Source: an uncultured Microthrixaceae bacterium
GTDB taxonomy: Bacteria > Actinomycetota > Acidimicrobiia > Acidimicrobiales > Acidimicrobilacustridaceae
Length of the DNA: 64,000 bases
NCBI GenBank assembly: GCA_963773335.1
Contig: CAVZAT010000004.1
Span: 1,667,785 to 1,731,784, forward strand
Direction: 5' to 3'
Shown: positions 8,111 to 18,115 of the stretch, piece after piece
How the letters are laid out: every line of letters starts with the position of its first letter
Position numbering within the stretch: the first letter of the stretch is position 1
Notes under the pieces: generated by a model
Databases searched by the model: none
The model's input: only the letters and a program-made list of their open reading frames with translations
Told to the model about the DNA's origin: nothing
Translations under genes and position numbers: made by a program

Positions 8111-10493
8111 CTAGTCGAGGGGTCGGACGGCGCCGGGACGGCCGCGCTCGGCCACGCGTGCCGGAGCGAGCGCGGCCAGGCCCGCGGCCAACACCGCCAA
8201 CGGACCGATGCTCAGCATCAACCCCCATGGCGTGGTCACGCCTCCCACCACGCCCAGTTCGTCGATCAGGTGCCCCCACACCCAACGACCGGAGATCAAC
8301 CCGAGCGGGAGTCCCACCACCAGCGCGGTCAGGGCGATGGCCAGGCTCTGGCAGACCACGATGCCGCGCACCTGCCGACGTCGACAACCCAGGGCCCGCA
8401 GCACGCCGAACTCCGGTTGGCGGCGTCGACACGAGACCGTCAGGGCGTGCGCCAGCCCCGCCAGACCCAACAGCCCGAAGAAGGCGGCGAGGGCGATGAC
8501 CACGCCGCCGCGTCTGGGTCACGTTCCGCAGTGCGCCGGGCATCTGAGCTCTGGCGAACACGGGGAACGACAGCCCCAGTGCGGTCAGGCGCCGCTCGAG
8601 GGCCGCCGTGTCCGTGCCGTTCCGGTAGGTGAGCACGAACGAGGGCTGGACGTCCTCGGTGGCCAGGGCCTCTAGGCCGTCCGGGCTCAGCACCGCCGCC
8701 ACCCCGGGGACCTCGCCCTGAACCGGAGGGGGAACCACCGTTCCCACCACCCGCAGGTCGACCGGGCTGTGCCCGTCGCCGCCGATGGCTCGCACGGTGC
8801 CACCCACCGACGTCCTCAGCTCAGCCATCGACTGCGAACCGAGCGCCACTTCGGACGGTCCCACTGGCAGGCGTCCGGCCAGCACGGTGAAGGAGACGCT
8901 CCCCTTCAACGGCTTCATGGCGTACCCGCTGATCAGGCGGTGCTGCACCGAGACGTTCACCTGATCCAGTCGTCCGACGGCGGCCAGGCCGCGATCGGCG
9001 ACCAACCTCGGTGTCGGATCGGACTGGCCGAGCGGATCCGGCATCGAAGACCAGTTCCACCCCCACCGACTGGGCTGGGTCACCAGCGAATCCATGCTGA
9101 CGACCACCACGCCGGCGCCCATCACGCCGGCAACCGCGATCGTCGCTCCGACCAGTGCCGACCGCACCGGGACCGACAGCCGCCCGCCGTTCTCGAAAGC
9201 GAGGCGGGTGCCGGTGACCACCTGCAGTCCCGCGCCCCACCGGGCCAGCAGGTTGCCGGTTGCCGAGGGACGAATGCCAAGGGGTTGCTGGAGCGGGCCC
9301 CGCTGGCTCCGCCACGCCGACCGCACCGTCCAGGCGGCCACGGCCAGCACGGCCATCGCCGCACCGAGCCCCAGGGCTGGCAGATCGAGCCACACACCGG
9401 GATGGATCTCGGTCCGCCGCGCCAGCCCGACCGGCAACAGCGGCGACGCGGCCACGGCCAGCCCCACACCGGCCGCGACCCCGACGATCGCCGCTCCCAC
9501 CGCGGGCAGCGCCAGAACCAGGGTGCGGGACCACCGCGTCAGCCCGAGGCTGCGCCACACCGGGCTCGATCCTGCCCCGGATCCGATCTGGCGACTCACG
9601 GCTTGTGCGACCAGCACGGTCCCCGCCGCACCGGCCACCATGGCGAACGCCACCAGCGCCATGCTCAGCGCATCGAGGGCCTGCTGGGTGCTGGACTGGT
9701 ACTCCACCGCCGCCGAGTCCACCGGGACACGCCCGGCGCCACCCGCGAACCGATCCACCGCCTGCTGGAGCCGGTTCAGGTCACCCGCGCCGTGACGCAA
9801 CCGCACCTCCACCTCGGGCGGCCACGCGGCCAGACCCGGATGTGCCTGTCCGAAGGTCGGGGCGGCGAAGCTGTACAGGCTGTCGCGCACGAGGGTGCCC
9901 TGGAGCTCGTCGGGCGTGCGCACGATCCCGACCACGGCCAGATCGAGGGCCGGCCCGTGGAAGCCCGGGAAGGCCTCTCCCGAAGCGAGGACGTCGAGGT
10001 CCTTGGCATCGAAGGTCGAAGCCCGCAAATGGTCGCCGACCTCGACGTGCATCTCCCGGGCCGACAGCTCGGTCAGTACGATCTCGTTGTCGGCCTGCGC
10101 ACCGGGCAGTCGGCCCGACAGCACGCGCACCCGGTCGGTCGTGGTGGCGAAGCCCCGATGGGGATCGAAGTACACGGCGAAGTCGGCGATGCCCGCGTCG
10201 GTGCGCGTGGGGAAGGCGTTGACCAGGTAGCGGGTCACCGCCCCTTCGACGAAGGGCAAGGTGCGGAGGTGGGCGGCCAACCCGTCGGCCTGGGACGGCG
10301 TGTCCATCTGGATGCCGGCATCGCTCGACGCCGACCACTGGCGGTATCGATCGAGGGTGGTGGCCGTGCGGCGGGCACCGACCACCGCGGTCAGCACCAC
10401 GGCCGACACCACGGCCACGATGAGGGCCAGGCCCGCCAGCGCGGCCCAACGGGTCCGCACCTCAGCCCGGACGAGCATCCACACCGCGGTCAC
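8111..10493 (-). pseudogene. ABC-transporter permease with two FtsX domains (MacB-like). One frame break near 8505.
   Basis: N-terminal 660 aa in ORF 7653..10493(-). The C-terminal FtsX domain (VVIALAAFFGLLGLAGLAHALTVS..EFGVLRALG) is in ORF 8111..8503(-), one nucleotide out of frame. No ABC ATPase gene is adjacent. Confidence 0.7.
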
Positions 10494-10700
10494 GCCGACA
10501 TCCCCAGCACCGCTCCATCACAATGGACCACGGGCGGACGTGCAATGGGGCAGTCTCCCCCGGGGTGAGGGTGCCAGCACCACCCGCCCGCATCGAAATC
10601 GGCCCAGCCGGGCCGGGCCGGCCCGCCGCCGCCGCCGCCGAACGAGGAGACCCGGCGGTAGCTTGACCGGGTCGGAGCCGCCACCGGCCAGGAGCCCCCC

Positions 10701-11342
10701 GTGTTGAAGCTGCAGGTGATCGTGGGCAGTACGCGACCCACCCGGGCCTCGGACAAGGTCGTGCCCTGGGTGCTCGAGCGAGCCACCCACCACGACGCCT
10801 TCGAGGTGGAGACCCTTGACCTGCGCGACTGGCCCATGCCCTTCTTCCAGGAGCACGTCGGCACCATCGGCGACCTGTCCGACCCGACGTTCTCCGATCC
10901 CGTGGTCAAGGCCTGGAACGCCAAGATCGCCGAGGGCGACGCCTATCTGGTTGTGACCCCCGAGTACAACCACTCGATCCCCGGCGTGCTCAAGAACGCC
11001 TTCGACAACATCTTCATCACCCACGCCCTGCGCAACAAGCCGATCAGTGCGGTGAGCTACAGCGGCGGCACGGCCGCGGGGGTGCGCGCCATCGAGCACC
11101 TGGCCCTCATCGCCATCGAGTGCGAGATGGCCCCTATCCGTTCGACCGTCATCATCCCCAACGTCATGGCCGCCTTCGACGAGAACGACGACCCGGTGGA
11201 CCCCAACACCGACATCGCCATGAAGGTCAGCCTCGACGACCTGGCCTGGTGGGGCGAGGCGCTGGCCGCGGCCCGCCAAGCGGGCGAGCTGGTACCGGGG
11301 AAGTTCCGGGCCCGGGCTGCCCGTGAGGCCGCAGCCCGCTGA
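10701..11342 (+). CDS. NAD(P)H-dependent FMN reductase-family protein.
   Basis: LQVIVGSTRPTR...YLVVTPEYNHSIPGVLKNAFD. GTG start; intact. Confidence 0.8.
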   Translation: MLKLQVIVGSTRPTRASDKVVPWVLERATHHDAFEVETLDLRDWPMPFFQEHVGTIGDLSDPTFSDPVVKAWNAKIAEGDAYLVVTPEYNHSIPGVLKNAFDNIFITHALRNKPISAVSYSGGTAAGVRAIEHLALIAIECEMAPIRSTVIIPNVMAAFDENDDPVDPNTDIAMKVSLDDLAWWGEALAAARQAGELVPGKFRARAAREAAAR

Positions 11343-11430
11343 ACCACGCCACCAGCCCGGTCACCGGCCCGGCCGACGCAGGTTCTAACGTGGCTGGGAT
11401 GTCGTCGACTCGTGCCGGGGAATCCACCTC

Positions 11431-13377
11431 ATGTCTGGCCTGATCGGCCCGACCGGACCGACGCGACCCCTGCGCATCGCTGCGTTGGTCAAGCAGATCC
11501 CGGCCTTCGAGAACATGAAGATCGGACCAGATGGTCGGCTCCAACGCGACGGCGTGCCCCTGGAGATGAGCGCCTACTGCCGCCGGGCCGTGGCCCAGGG
11601 GGTCTTGTTGGCCGCCCAGACCGGTGGCACCTGCACGGTGATCACCCTCGGGCCTCCGTCAGCCGAGGACGTGTTGCGCGAGGCGCTGGCCTACGGCGCC
11701 GACCACGCCGTGCTGATCAGCGATCCGGTCTTCGCCGGCAGCGACACGCTGGCCACGGCCCGGGCCCTGGCCGCGGCCCTGGTCCGCATGGGCGAGATCG
11801 ACCTGGTGTTGTGCGGCCGCAACTCGGTGGACGCCGAGACCGGCCAGGTCGGCCCCGAGCTGGCCCAGTTGCTCGACCTGCCCTTCGCCACCGGCGTGAA
11901 GCGCCTCGTGCTCGAACCGTCGGAGATCGTCCGGGTCGGGTGCGAACAGGACGACGCCTGGCTGGAGGCCAGCGTGGCCCTGCCGGCCGTGCTGTCGGTG
12001 GCCGAGCGACTCATCGACCCCTGCAAGATCAAGGACCCGGAGGTCCTGGCCGCGGTGGACGGGGCGCGCATCGAACGGTTGGGCGCGACCGACCTCGGCC
12101 CCGGACCGTGGGGCCAGGCGGCCAGCCCGACCCGAGTGGGCGAGATCAAAGCAGAGTCCGTGGTGCGCCGCGGGATCCGCCTGGACGGGCCGGTGGCCGC
12201 GCAGGTGGCCACCGTGGTCGACGTGCTGCGTGACCGCGGCCTGCTCGACCCGACACTCCCCGGCCAGCAGGTCGAAGGTGCCTGGCCCGAGGTGGCGCCG
12301 CACCACGCCATCCCCGCCGAGTCGAGTCCTCGTGGCCCGGTGGTGGCCGTGCTGGTCGAGCCCGGCCGCCAACGGGTGCTGCGCGAGCTGCTGGGCACGG
12401 CCGCGGCGCTGGCCGACGAGCTCGACGGGCGGGTGGCGGCCGTGGGCGAGTCGCTGCTCGCCCCCGAACCGTGGGGTTCCGATCTGGCCCGGGTGCTGAG
12501 CAGTTGGGGTGCCGACGAGATGGCGCTGTTGGCCGCCCGGTCGACCGACCACGTGCGCTCGACGGTCGAGGAGGACGTGGCCGCCGCGGTCACCCGGTGG
12601 TGCCGCCAGGTCGAGCCCGCCATCGTCCTGGCCCCGAGCACCGCCTGGGGTCGCGAGGTGGCGGCCCGGGTGGCCGCCGCCCTCGACGCGGGACTGACCG
12701 GCGACGCCATCGAGCTCGAGCTCGATCACCGGGGCCGCCTGCGGGCCTGGAAGCCCGCCTTCGGCGGCGCCATGGTGGCCGCCATCGAGTCCACGTCACC
12801 GGTGCAGATGGTCACCGTGCGTCCCGGCGTGTTGTCCGGGTACGCGCCCCGTCCTCCCGTCGAGCTGGCGGTCGCGGAGGTCGAGGTCGAGCCCCGGGGA
12901 CGCGTGGCCATCCACGCCCAGCGCCGCGACGACGACCTCGACGTGTTGGCCGGCGCCACCCGGGTGGTGTCGGTGGGCCAGGGGGTCGACCCGACCGAGC
13001 ATCCTCGCGTCGAGGCGCTGGCCGCCCGGCTGGGCGCCGAGCTGGCCGCCACCCGCAAGGTCACCGACGCCGGCTGGCTCCCCCATTCCCGCCAGGTCGG
13101 CATCACCGGCCAGAACCTGGCCCCAGAGCTCGCCCTGGTCATCGGGGCCAGCGGCAAGTTCAACCACATGGTCGGGCTTCGTCGGGCTGAGCTGATCGTG
13201 GCCATCAACCCCGATCCCGATGCACCGGTGTTCGACTTCGCCGACTACGGCATCGTGGCCGACTGGCGCAAGGCTGCCACCGAGCTTGAACGGCTCCTCG
13301 CCCCGGAGGACGCCTCAGCCCCGGGTCCCGGCGCGGCGGCGGTCCGCGACAGCTCCGAGACCTTGGCCGCCCCCTGA
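11431..13377 (+). CDS. Fused electron-transfer flavoprotein: EtfB-like N-terminal half plus EtfA-like C-terminal half, 648 aa.
   Basis: N-terminal half: IAALVKQIP...LEMSAYCRRAV...VITLGP...ETGQVGPELAQLLDLPF (beta-subunit-like). C-terminal half: ELAATRKVTDAGWLPHSRQVGITGQNLAPELALVIGASGKFNHMVGLRRAELIVAINPDPDAPVFDFADYGIVAD (alpha-subunit FAD-binding signature). Single uninterrupted ORF. Confidence 0.75.
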   Translation: MSGLIGPTGPTRPLRIAALVKQIPAFENMKIGPDGRLQRDGVPLEMSAYCRRAVAQGVLLAAQTGGTCTVITLGPPSAEDVLREALAYGADHAVLISDPVFAGSDTLATARALAAALVRMGEIDLVLCGRNSVDAETGQVGPELAQLLDLPFATGVKRLVLEPSEIVRVGCEQDDAWLEASVALPAVLSVAERLIDPCKIKDPEVLAAVDGARIERLGATDLGPGPWGQAASPTRVGEIKAESVVRRGIRLDGPVAAQVATVVDVLRDRGLLDPTLPGQQVEGAWPEVAPHHAIPAESSPRGPVVAVLVEPGRQRVLRELLGTAAALADELDGRVAAVGESLLAPEPWGSDLARVLSSWGADEMALLAARSTDHVRSTVEEDVAAAVTRWCRQVEPAIVLAPSTAWGREVAARVAAALDAGLTGDAIELELDHRGRLRAWKPAFGGAMVAAIESTSPVQMVTVRPGVLSGYAPRPPVELAVAEVEVEPRGRVAIHAQRRDDDLDVLAGATRVVSVGQGVDPTEHPRVEALAARLGAELAATRKVTDAGWLPHSRQVGITGQNLAPELALVIGASGKFNHMVGLRRAELIVAINPDPDAPVFDFADYGIVADWRKAATELERLLAPEDASAPGPGAAAVRDSSETLAAP

Positions 13378-13477
13378 TCGTCGCTTCACAATCCGCTCAC
13401 ATTCGTCGGTCATCTTGATCCTCATCACGAGCGGGCCCCCCGCCCGACTCGGATGTCGAGAACCTCAGGAGACCACC

Positions 13478-13942
13478 ATGAAGAACAAGATCATCGCCTC
13501 GAGCGTGGCCGGACTGGCCCTGCTGGGCGGCACCGTCGCCTTCGCTGTGACCGACGCTGGCGCCACCACCCCGACCACCTCCGCCCCGGCGGCCACGGCC
13601 AAGCCGGCCACCGCCCCCAAGGGTGCCGGATGGCTCAAGCACCACCGCACGCTGGTCCGTAGGGCCGGCCTGCGTGACAGCGCCAAGATCATCGGCATCA
13701 CGCCCCAGGAGCTGCGGACCGATCTCAAGGGCGGCCAGACGGTGGCCCAGGTGGCCAACGCCAAGGGCATCAGCACGACCACCCTGGTCGGTGACCTGAC
13801 CCACGACGTGGACGCCCGCATCCAGCAGGCCGTCACCAACCACAAGATCACCCAGGACCAGGCCACCAAGGTCGAGGCCAAGGTCCCCGCGGCGGTGACC
13901 AAGGCGGTCAACCACCAGTTCGGCCAGCACCAGGCCAACTGA
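13478..13942 (+). CDS. Secreted hypothetical protein.
   Basis: AGGAGA lies 6 nt upstream of ATG 13478. Signal peptide MKNKIIASSVAGLALLGGTVAFAV. No family recognised. Confidence 0.6.
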   Translation: MKNKIIASSVAGLALLGGTVAFAVTDAGATTPTTSAPAATAKPATAPKGAGWLKHHRTLVRRAGLRDSAKIIGITPQELRTDLKGGQTVAQVANAKGISTTTLVGDLTHDVDARIQQAVTNHKITQDQATKVEAKVPAAVTKAVNHQFGQHQAN

Positions 13943-14069
13943 GATCGCCTGAGCTCCGACCCTTCGGGGTCGGCACCCACCCCCCGGCAATTCGATGAGG
14001 CCCACCCCTGCGGGGGTGGGCCTCATCGCGTGACCCGGTCCGACGGGTCCCACCCGGCAGAATGGCACC

Positions 14070-16521
14070 ATGGAGCCCGACCCCCTCGTCTCGGGCCTGA
14101 GCCGTGCCGAGGTCGAGGCGCGCCGCGCCGATGGTCGATCCAACGAGGTCCGCGACCCCACCAGCCGATCGGTGGGCGACATCGTGCGAGCCAACGTGCT
14201 CACCCCGTTCAACCTGCTGCTCGGCATCCTGTTCGTGATCATCGTGGCCGTTGGCGAGATCAAGGATTCGCTGTTCGGGATCGTGCTGGTGCTCAACACG
14301 CTCATCGGCGTCGTCCAGGAGGTCCGCTCCAAGCGGGCGCTCGACAACCTGGCGCTGCTCGAGCGCGCCGCTCGCCTGCGTGCGCCGCAACGGGACCGAG
14401 CACGAGATTCCGGTGCACGAGTTGGTGCTCGACGACCTGATCGTGCTGAGACCCGGCGACCAGATCGCGGTCGACGCAACGGTGCTGATCGCCAGGGGCC
14501 TGGAGGTCGACGAGTCGCTGCTCACCGGCGAGGCCGACCCGGTGGACAAGGCCGCCGGGCAGGACGTGCTCTCGGGCAGCTTCGTGGCCGTCGGTGACGG
14601 TCTGGCCCGGTGCACTGCGGTGGGCGAGGACACCCACGCCTACCGCCTGGGTGCCGAGGCCAAGACCTTCTCGCTGGTGCGCTCCGAGCTGCGCGACGGC
14701 GTGAACCGCCTGATCACCTGGATCGGCTGGGTCATGATCCCCACCGCCGCGCTGCTCATCCGGTCCCAGGTCCGCGCCGACCTCGGCTTCCGCGCCGCGG
14801 TCCAGGCCTCGGTGGCCGGTCTGGTGGCCATGGTGCCCGAAGGTCTGGTCCTGCTGACCAGCGTGGCCTTCGCGGTGAGCGCCACCCGCCTGGCCCGACG
14901 CCGGGTGCTGACCCAGGAGCTCGCCGCCATCGAGGGTCTGGCCCGGGTCGACGTGGTCTGCCTGGACAAGACCGGCACGCTCACCCAGGGCGACCTGGAG
15001 CTGGGATCGGTCGAACCCATCCATGGGGCCATCGAGGCAGGAGCGGGCGGTGCGACGCCCGACCAGCTCCTGGCCGCCCTGGCCGGCGCCGATGACCACC
15101 CGAATCCGAGCCTGCGCGCCATCGGTGCCGGCGCGGGCCCGGACCCTGGCTGGTCGGTCACCGCCACGGTCCCGTTCTCGTCAGCCCGCAAGTGGAGCGC
15201 GACCAGCTTCGCCGACCACGGCGCCTGGCTGCTCGGCGCGCCCGACATCCTGCTGGCGGCCATGTCCGACGCGCCGTCGGTGCAGGATCGGGTGGCCACC
15301 CTGGCCGGCGCGGGTCGGCGCGTGCTGCTGGTGGCGGCCGCACCCGACGGCCTGGCCCCCGATAGCCAGCCCGAGCTGCCGAGCGCCCTGGAGCCTGCGG
15401 CGCTGGTGGTGCTCGACGAGCGGCTCCGGGTCTCGGCCCCCGACACCATCGCCTACTTCGGGCGCCAAGGCGTGGCCGTCAAGGTCATCTCCGGTGACAG
15501 CCCCGACACGGTGGGCGCCGTCGCCCGCCACTGCGGCGTACCCGGCGCCGAGCGCCCGTTCGACGCCCGCGACCTGCCCGACGATGCCACCGCGTTGGCC
15601 GCGGTGGTCGAACACCACAGCGTGTTCGGCCGGGTCACGCCGCACCAGAAGCGGGCCATGGTCCACGCCCTGCAGGACGGGGGCCACGTGGTGGCCATGA
15701 CCGGCGACGGCGTCAACGACACGATGGCCCTCAAGGACGCGGACGTGGGCGTGGCCATGGGGGCCGGCAGCGCCGCCGCTCGGGCCGTGGCTCGCTTCGT
15801 CCTGCTCGATGACGACTTCGCCGTCTTCCCCGATGTGGTGAACGAAGGTCGCCGGGTCATCGCCAACGTCGAACGAGTGGCCAACCTGTTCCTGACCAAG
15901 ACCTTCTACGCCCTGGTCCTGGCCCTGGCCATCGGCCTCAGCGGCTGGCCCTACCCCTTCATCCCCCGCCACTTCACGCTGCTCAGCTCGCTGACCATCG
16001 GGGTGCCCGCCTTCTTCCTGGCCTTGGCGCCCAACGCTCGGCGGGCGGCGTCGGGCTTCCTGCCCCGGGTCCTGCACTTCGCCGCGCCCTGCGGGGTGAT
16101 CGTGGCCGCCGCCGTGCTGATCACCTATGAGGTGGCCCGACACCACGCGGGCCTGGACCTGGTCGAGCAGCGCACCACCGCGTTGATCGTGGCCTTCCTG
16201 GTGGCGTGGTGGGTACTGGTCATCCTGGCCCGCCCGCTCAACGCCTGGCGCTGGGTGCTGGTGGTGCTGATGGGCGGATCGCTGGTGGTGGCCCTCGCGC
16301 TCGGCTCCGTGCGCGGCTACTTCGACCTGCGGGTGCCGGACCGGACGGTGGCGTTGATCGCCGTGGCCATCGCCGCGGTGGCCAGCGCCATCATCGAGAT
16401 GGCATGGCGGGCCGGGTGGCTGGGCCCTCGCCCGACCGATCCGTCCGATCCGACCGGCCCAGCCGCGACGAGCCCGTCGAAACGTTCGACCCCGACCCCC
16501 GCTGCCGCACCTCAGGCGTGA
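14070..16521 (+). pseudogene. Cation-transporting P-type (HAD-type) ATPase with one frame break near 14360.
   Basis: The N-terminus (ORF 14070..14597) reads to ...RSKRALDNLALL. The remainder (ORF 14251..16521) carries TGEADPV, DKTGTLT and MTGDGVNDTMALKDADVGVAMG. The two parts join if one extra nucleotide in CTGCTCGAGCGCG is removed. Confidence 0.8.
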
Positions 16522-16534
16522 GAAGCTGAGCGCG

Positions 16535-16921
16535 GTGGTCGAACCCCACGCTGTGCACGACCAGATCCGCCTCACCATTCCCGCGGAGCCCGAGTACGGC
16601 CGCCTGGCCCGCATCACCGTCTCCGGCCTGGCCCGTCGGCTGGGCTTCTCCCCGCGAGCGGTCCACGACCTGCGCCTGGCCGTGGACGAGACCATCATCT
16701 TGTTGCTGCGACCCGAGGGCCGTCCCGGCACCATCACCCTGCGCTTCGACGTCGACCACACCGGACTCGACATCGAGGCCACCTCCACCGCCGCGACCGA
16801 TCAGGCCTGGGTCGACCAGGGTGCGCTGGCCCGGTTCGAGGCCATCGTCGGCGCCACGGTCGACTCCTACGCAGTCGACGAGCAGGGGCATCATGTGCAC
16901 CTGCTCCGCCACTACGACTGA
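16535..16921 (+). CDS. RsbW-like anti-sigma/partner-switching protein, short, lacking recognisable ATP-binding boxes.
   Basis: IRLTIPAEPEYGRLARITVSGLARRLGFSPRAVHDLRLAVDETIILLL resembles the N-terminal half of RsbW/SpoIIAB-type proteins. No N-box Asn and no G-box are seen. Confidence 0.5.
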   Translation: MVEPHAVHDQIRLTIPAEPEYGRLARITVSGLARRLGFSPRAVHDLRLAVDETIILLLRPEGRPGTITLRFDVDHTGLDIEATSTAATDQAWVDQGALARFEAIVGATVDSYAVDEQGHHVHLLRHYD

Positions 16922-17037
16922 GCGGAACTCATCCACTGGGCATCGGTTCGGGCCCGGGATGACCAGGCGCGTCGCCGGCTGACCGTGAGCCGTCCGGCGG
17001 TCGCCCTAACCTGAGTCCGGCGGCGAGAGGAGACCGC

Positions 17038-17421
17038 ATGAACGCACCGATCCGGGTCATCGGGCTCGACCACATCGTGTTGGACGTGGCCGACGTGGAA
17101 CGGTCGCTGGCCTTCTACGTCGACCAACTCGGCCTGACCCCGATGCGCGTGGACGAGTGGCGCCGGGGCGAGGTCCTGTTCCCCAGCGTCCGGATCGACG
17201 CCACCACGATCATCGACCTACTGGCCGGCGCGCCCACCGGCGAGAACATGAACCACTTCTGCCTGGTCATCGAGCCGACCGACCTCGACGCGCTCAAGGC
17301 CCGTGGCCGCCTCGAGGTGGTCGACGGCCCCGACATCCGCTTCGGGGCGCAGGGCAACGCCACCTCGCTCTACGTCCGCGACCCCGACGCCAACACGGTC
17401 GAGCTGCGTCACTACCCCTGA
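17038..17421 (+). CDS. VOC (glyoxalase/bleomycin-resistance/dioxygenase) family protein.
   Basis: GLDHIVLDVADVERSLAFYVDQLGL...SLYVRDPDANTVEL. Intact. Confidence 0.8.
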   Translation: MNAPIRVIGLDHIVLDVADVERSLAFYVDQLGLTPMRVDEWRRGEVLFPSVRIDATTIIDLLAGAPTGENMNHFCLVIEPTDLDALKARGRLEVVDGPDIRFGAQGNATSLYVRDPDANTVELRHYP

Positions 17422-17458
17422 GGCCGGTCGGCGGTTTCCCCGGGGCCATGATGATGGG

Positions 17459-18112
17459 GTGTTCATCCACGGGTGGGACCGACCGGTCGATGACGACGAG
17501 TGGCGCGACTTCGTGGCCACCCAGGGTTTCGGCGAACTGGTGGCTACCGGGGTGGGCCGTGAGGTGGCCGTGGTCGTGCCCACCCAGTTCGTGATCGAGG
17601 ACGAGCAGGTCCTGGTGCACCTGCTGGCCCAGAACCCCATCTGGACCGCCCTGGAGCAGAACCCGAAGGTGGTGCTGGCCGTATCCGGCGACTGGGCGTT
17701 CATCCCCTCGGCCTGGAAGGCGATCGAGGACGAGGACCCGATGCTGGGCATCCCCACCACCTACTACGCGTCGGTGCAGCTGACCGGGACCGCCCGCATC
17801 CTGGCCGATCCCGAGGAGGTGGCCGCCGTGCTGCGCCGCCAACTGGCCCGACTCCAGCCCGAGGTGGAGGTGGTCGATCCGAGCGAGCACGCCCGGCGCC
17901 TGGGCGCCATCCGGGCCGCCCGCATCGACATCGAGGACGTGCGGGCCAAGTTCAAGTACGGAGGCAACGTGGACGCCCCCCACCGTCGGGCCGCGGCGGC
18001 GCGCCTCGAGGCCCGGGGTGGCCCGGGCGACCTGGCGGCCGCGGCCCACGTGCGTACCCGGCTCGATGCCGCTGAGCCCGACGCCGAAGCGGGCCCCGCC
18101 GCTAGCGTCTGA
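17459..18112 (+). CDS. PaiB-like FMN-binding negative transcriptional regulator-family protein.
   Basis: ...VPTQFVIEDEQVLVHLLAQNPIWTAL...KFKYGGN. The GTG start is assumed. Confidence 0.6.
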   Translation: MFIHGWDRPVDDDEWRDFVATQGFGELVATGVGREVAVVVPTQFVIEDEQVLVHLLAQNPIWTALEQNPKVVLAVSGDWAFIPSAWKAIEDEDPMLGIPTTYYASVQLTGTARILADPEEVAAVLRRQLARLQPEVEVVDPSEHARRLGAIRAARIDIEDVRAKFKYGGNVDAPHRRAAAARLEARGGPGDLAAAAHVRTRLDAAEPDAEAGPAASV

Positions 18113-18115
18113 GCC

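Noticed and set aside
7653-10493. A 946-aa ORF that appears to fuse an FtsX permease with a DUF302 domain.
   Set aside because: The join is out-of-frame read-through after a break near 8505. The real second FtsX domain is in ORF 8111..8503(-), and DUF302 has its own ATG at 8075.
10618-10640. A (CCG)n microsatellite-like run in the intergenic region upstream of the FMN reductase.
   Set aside because: It is short, about six units, and expected by composition in GC-rich DNA. There is no evidence of a function.
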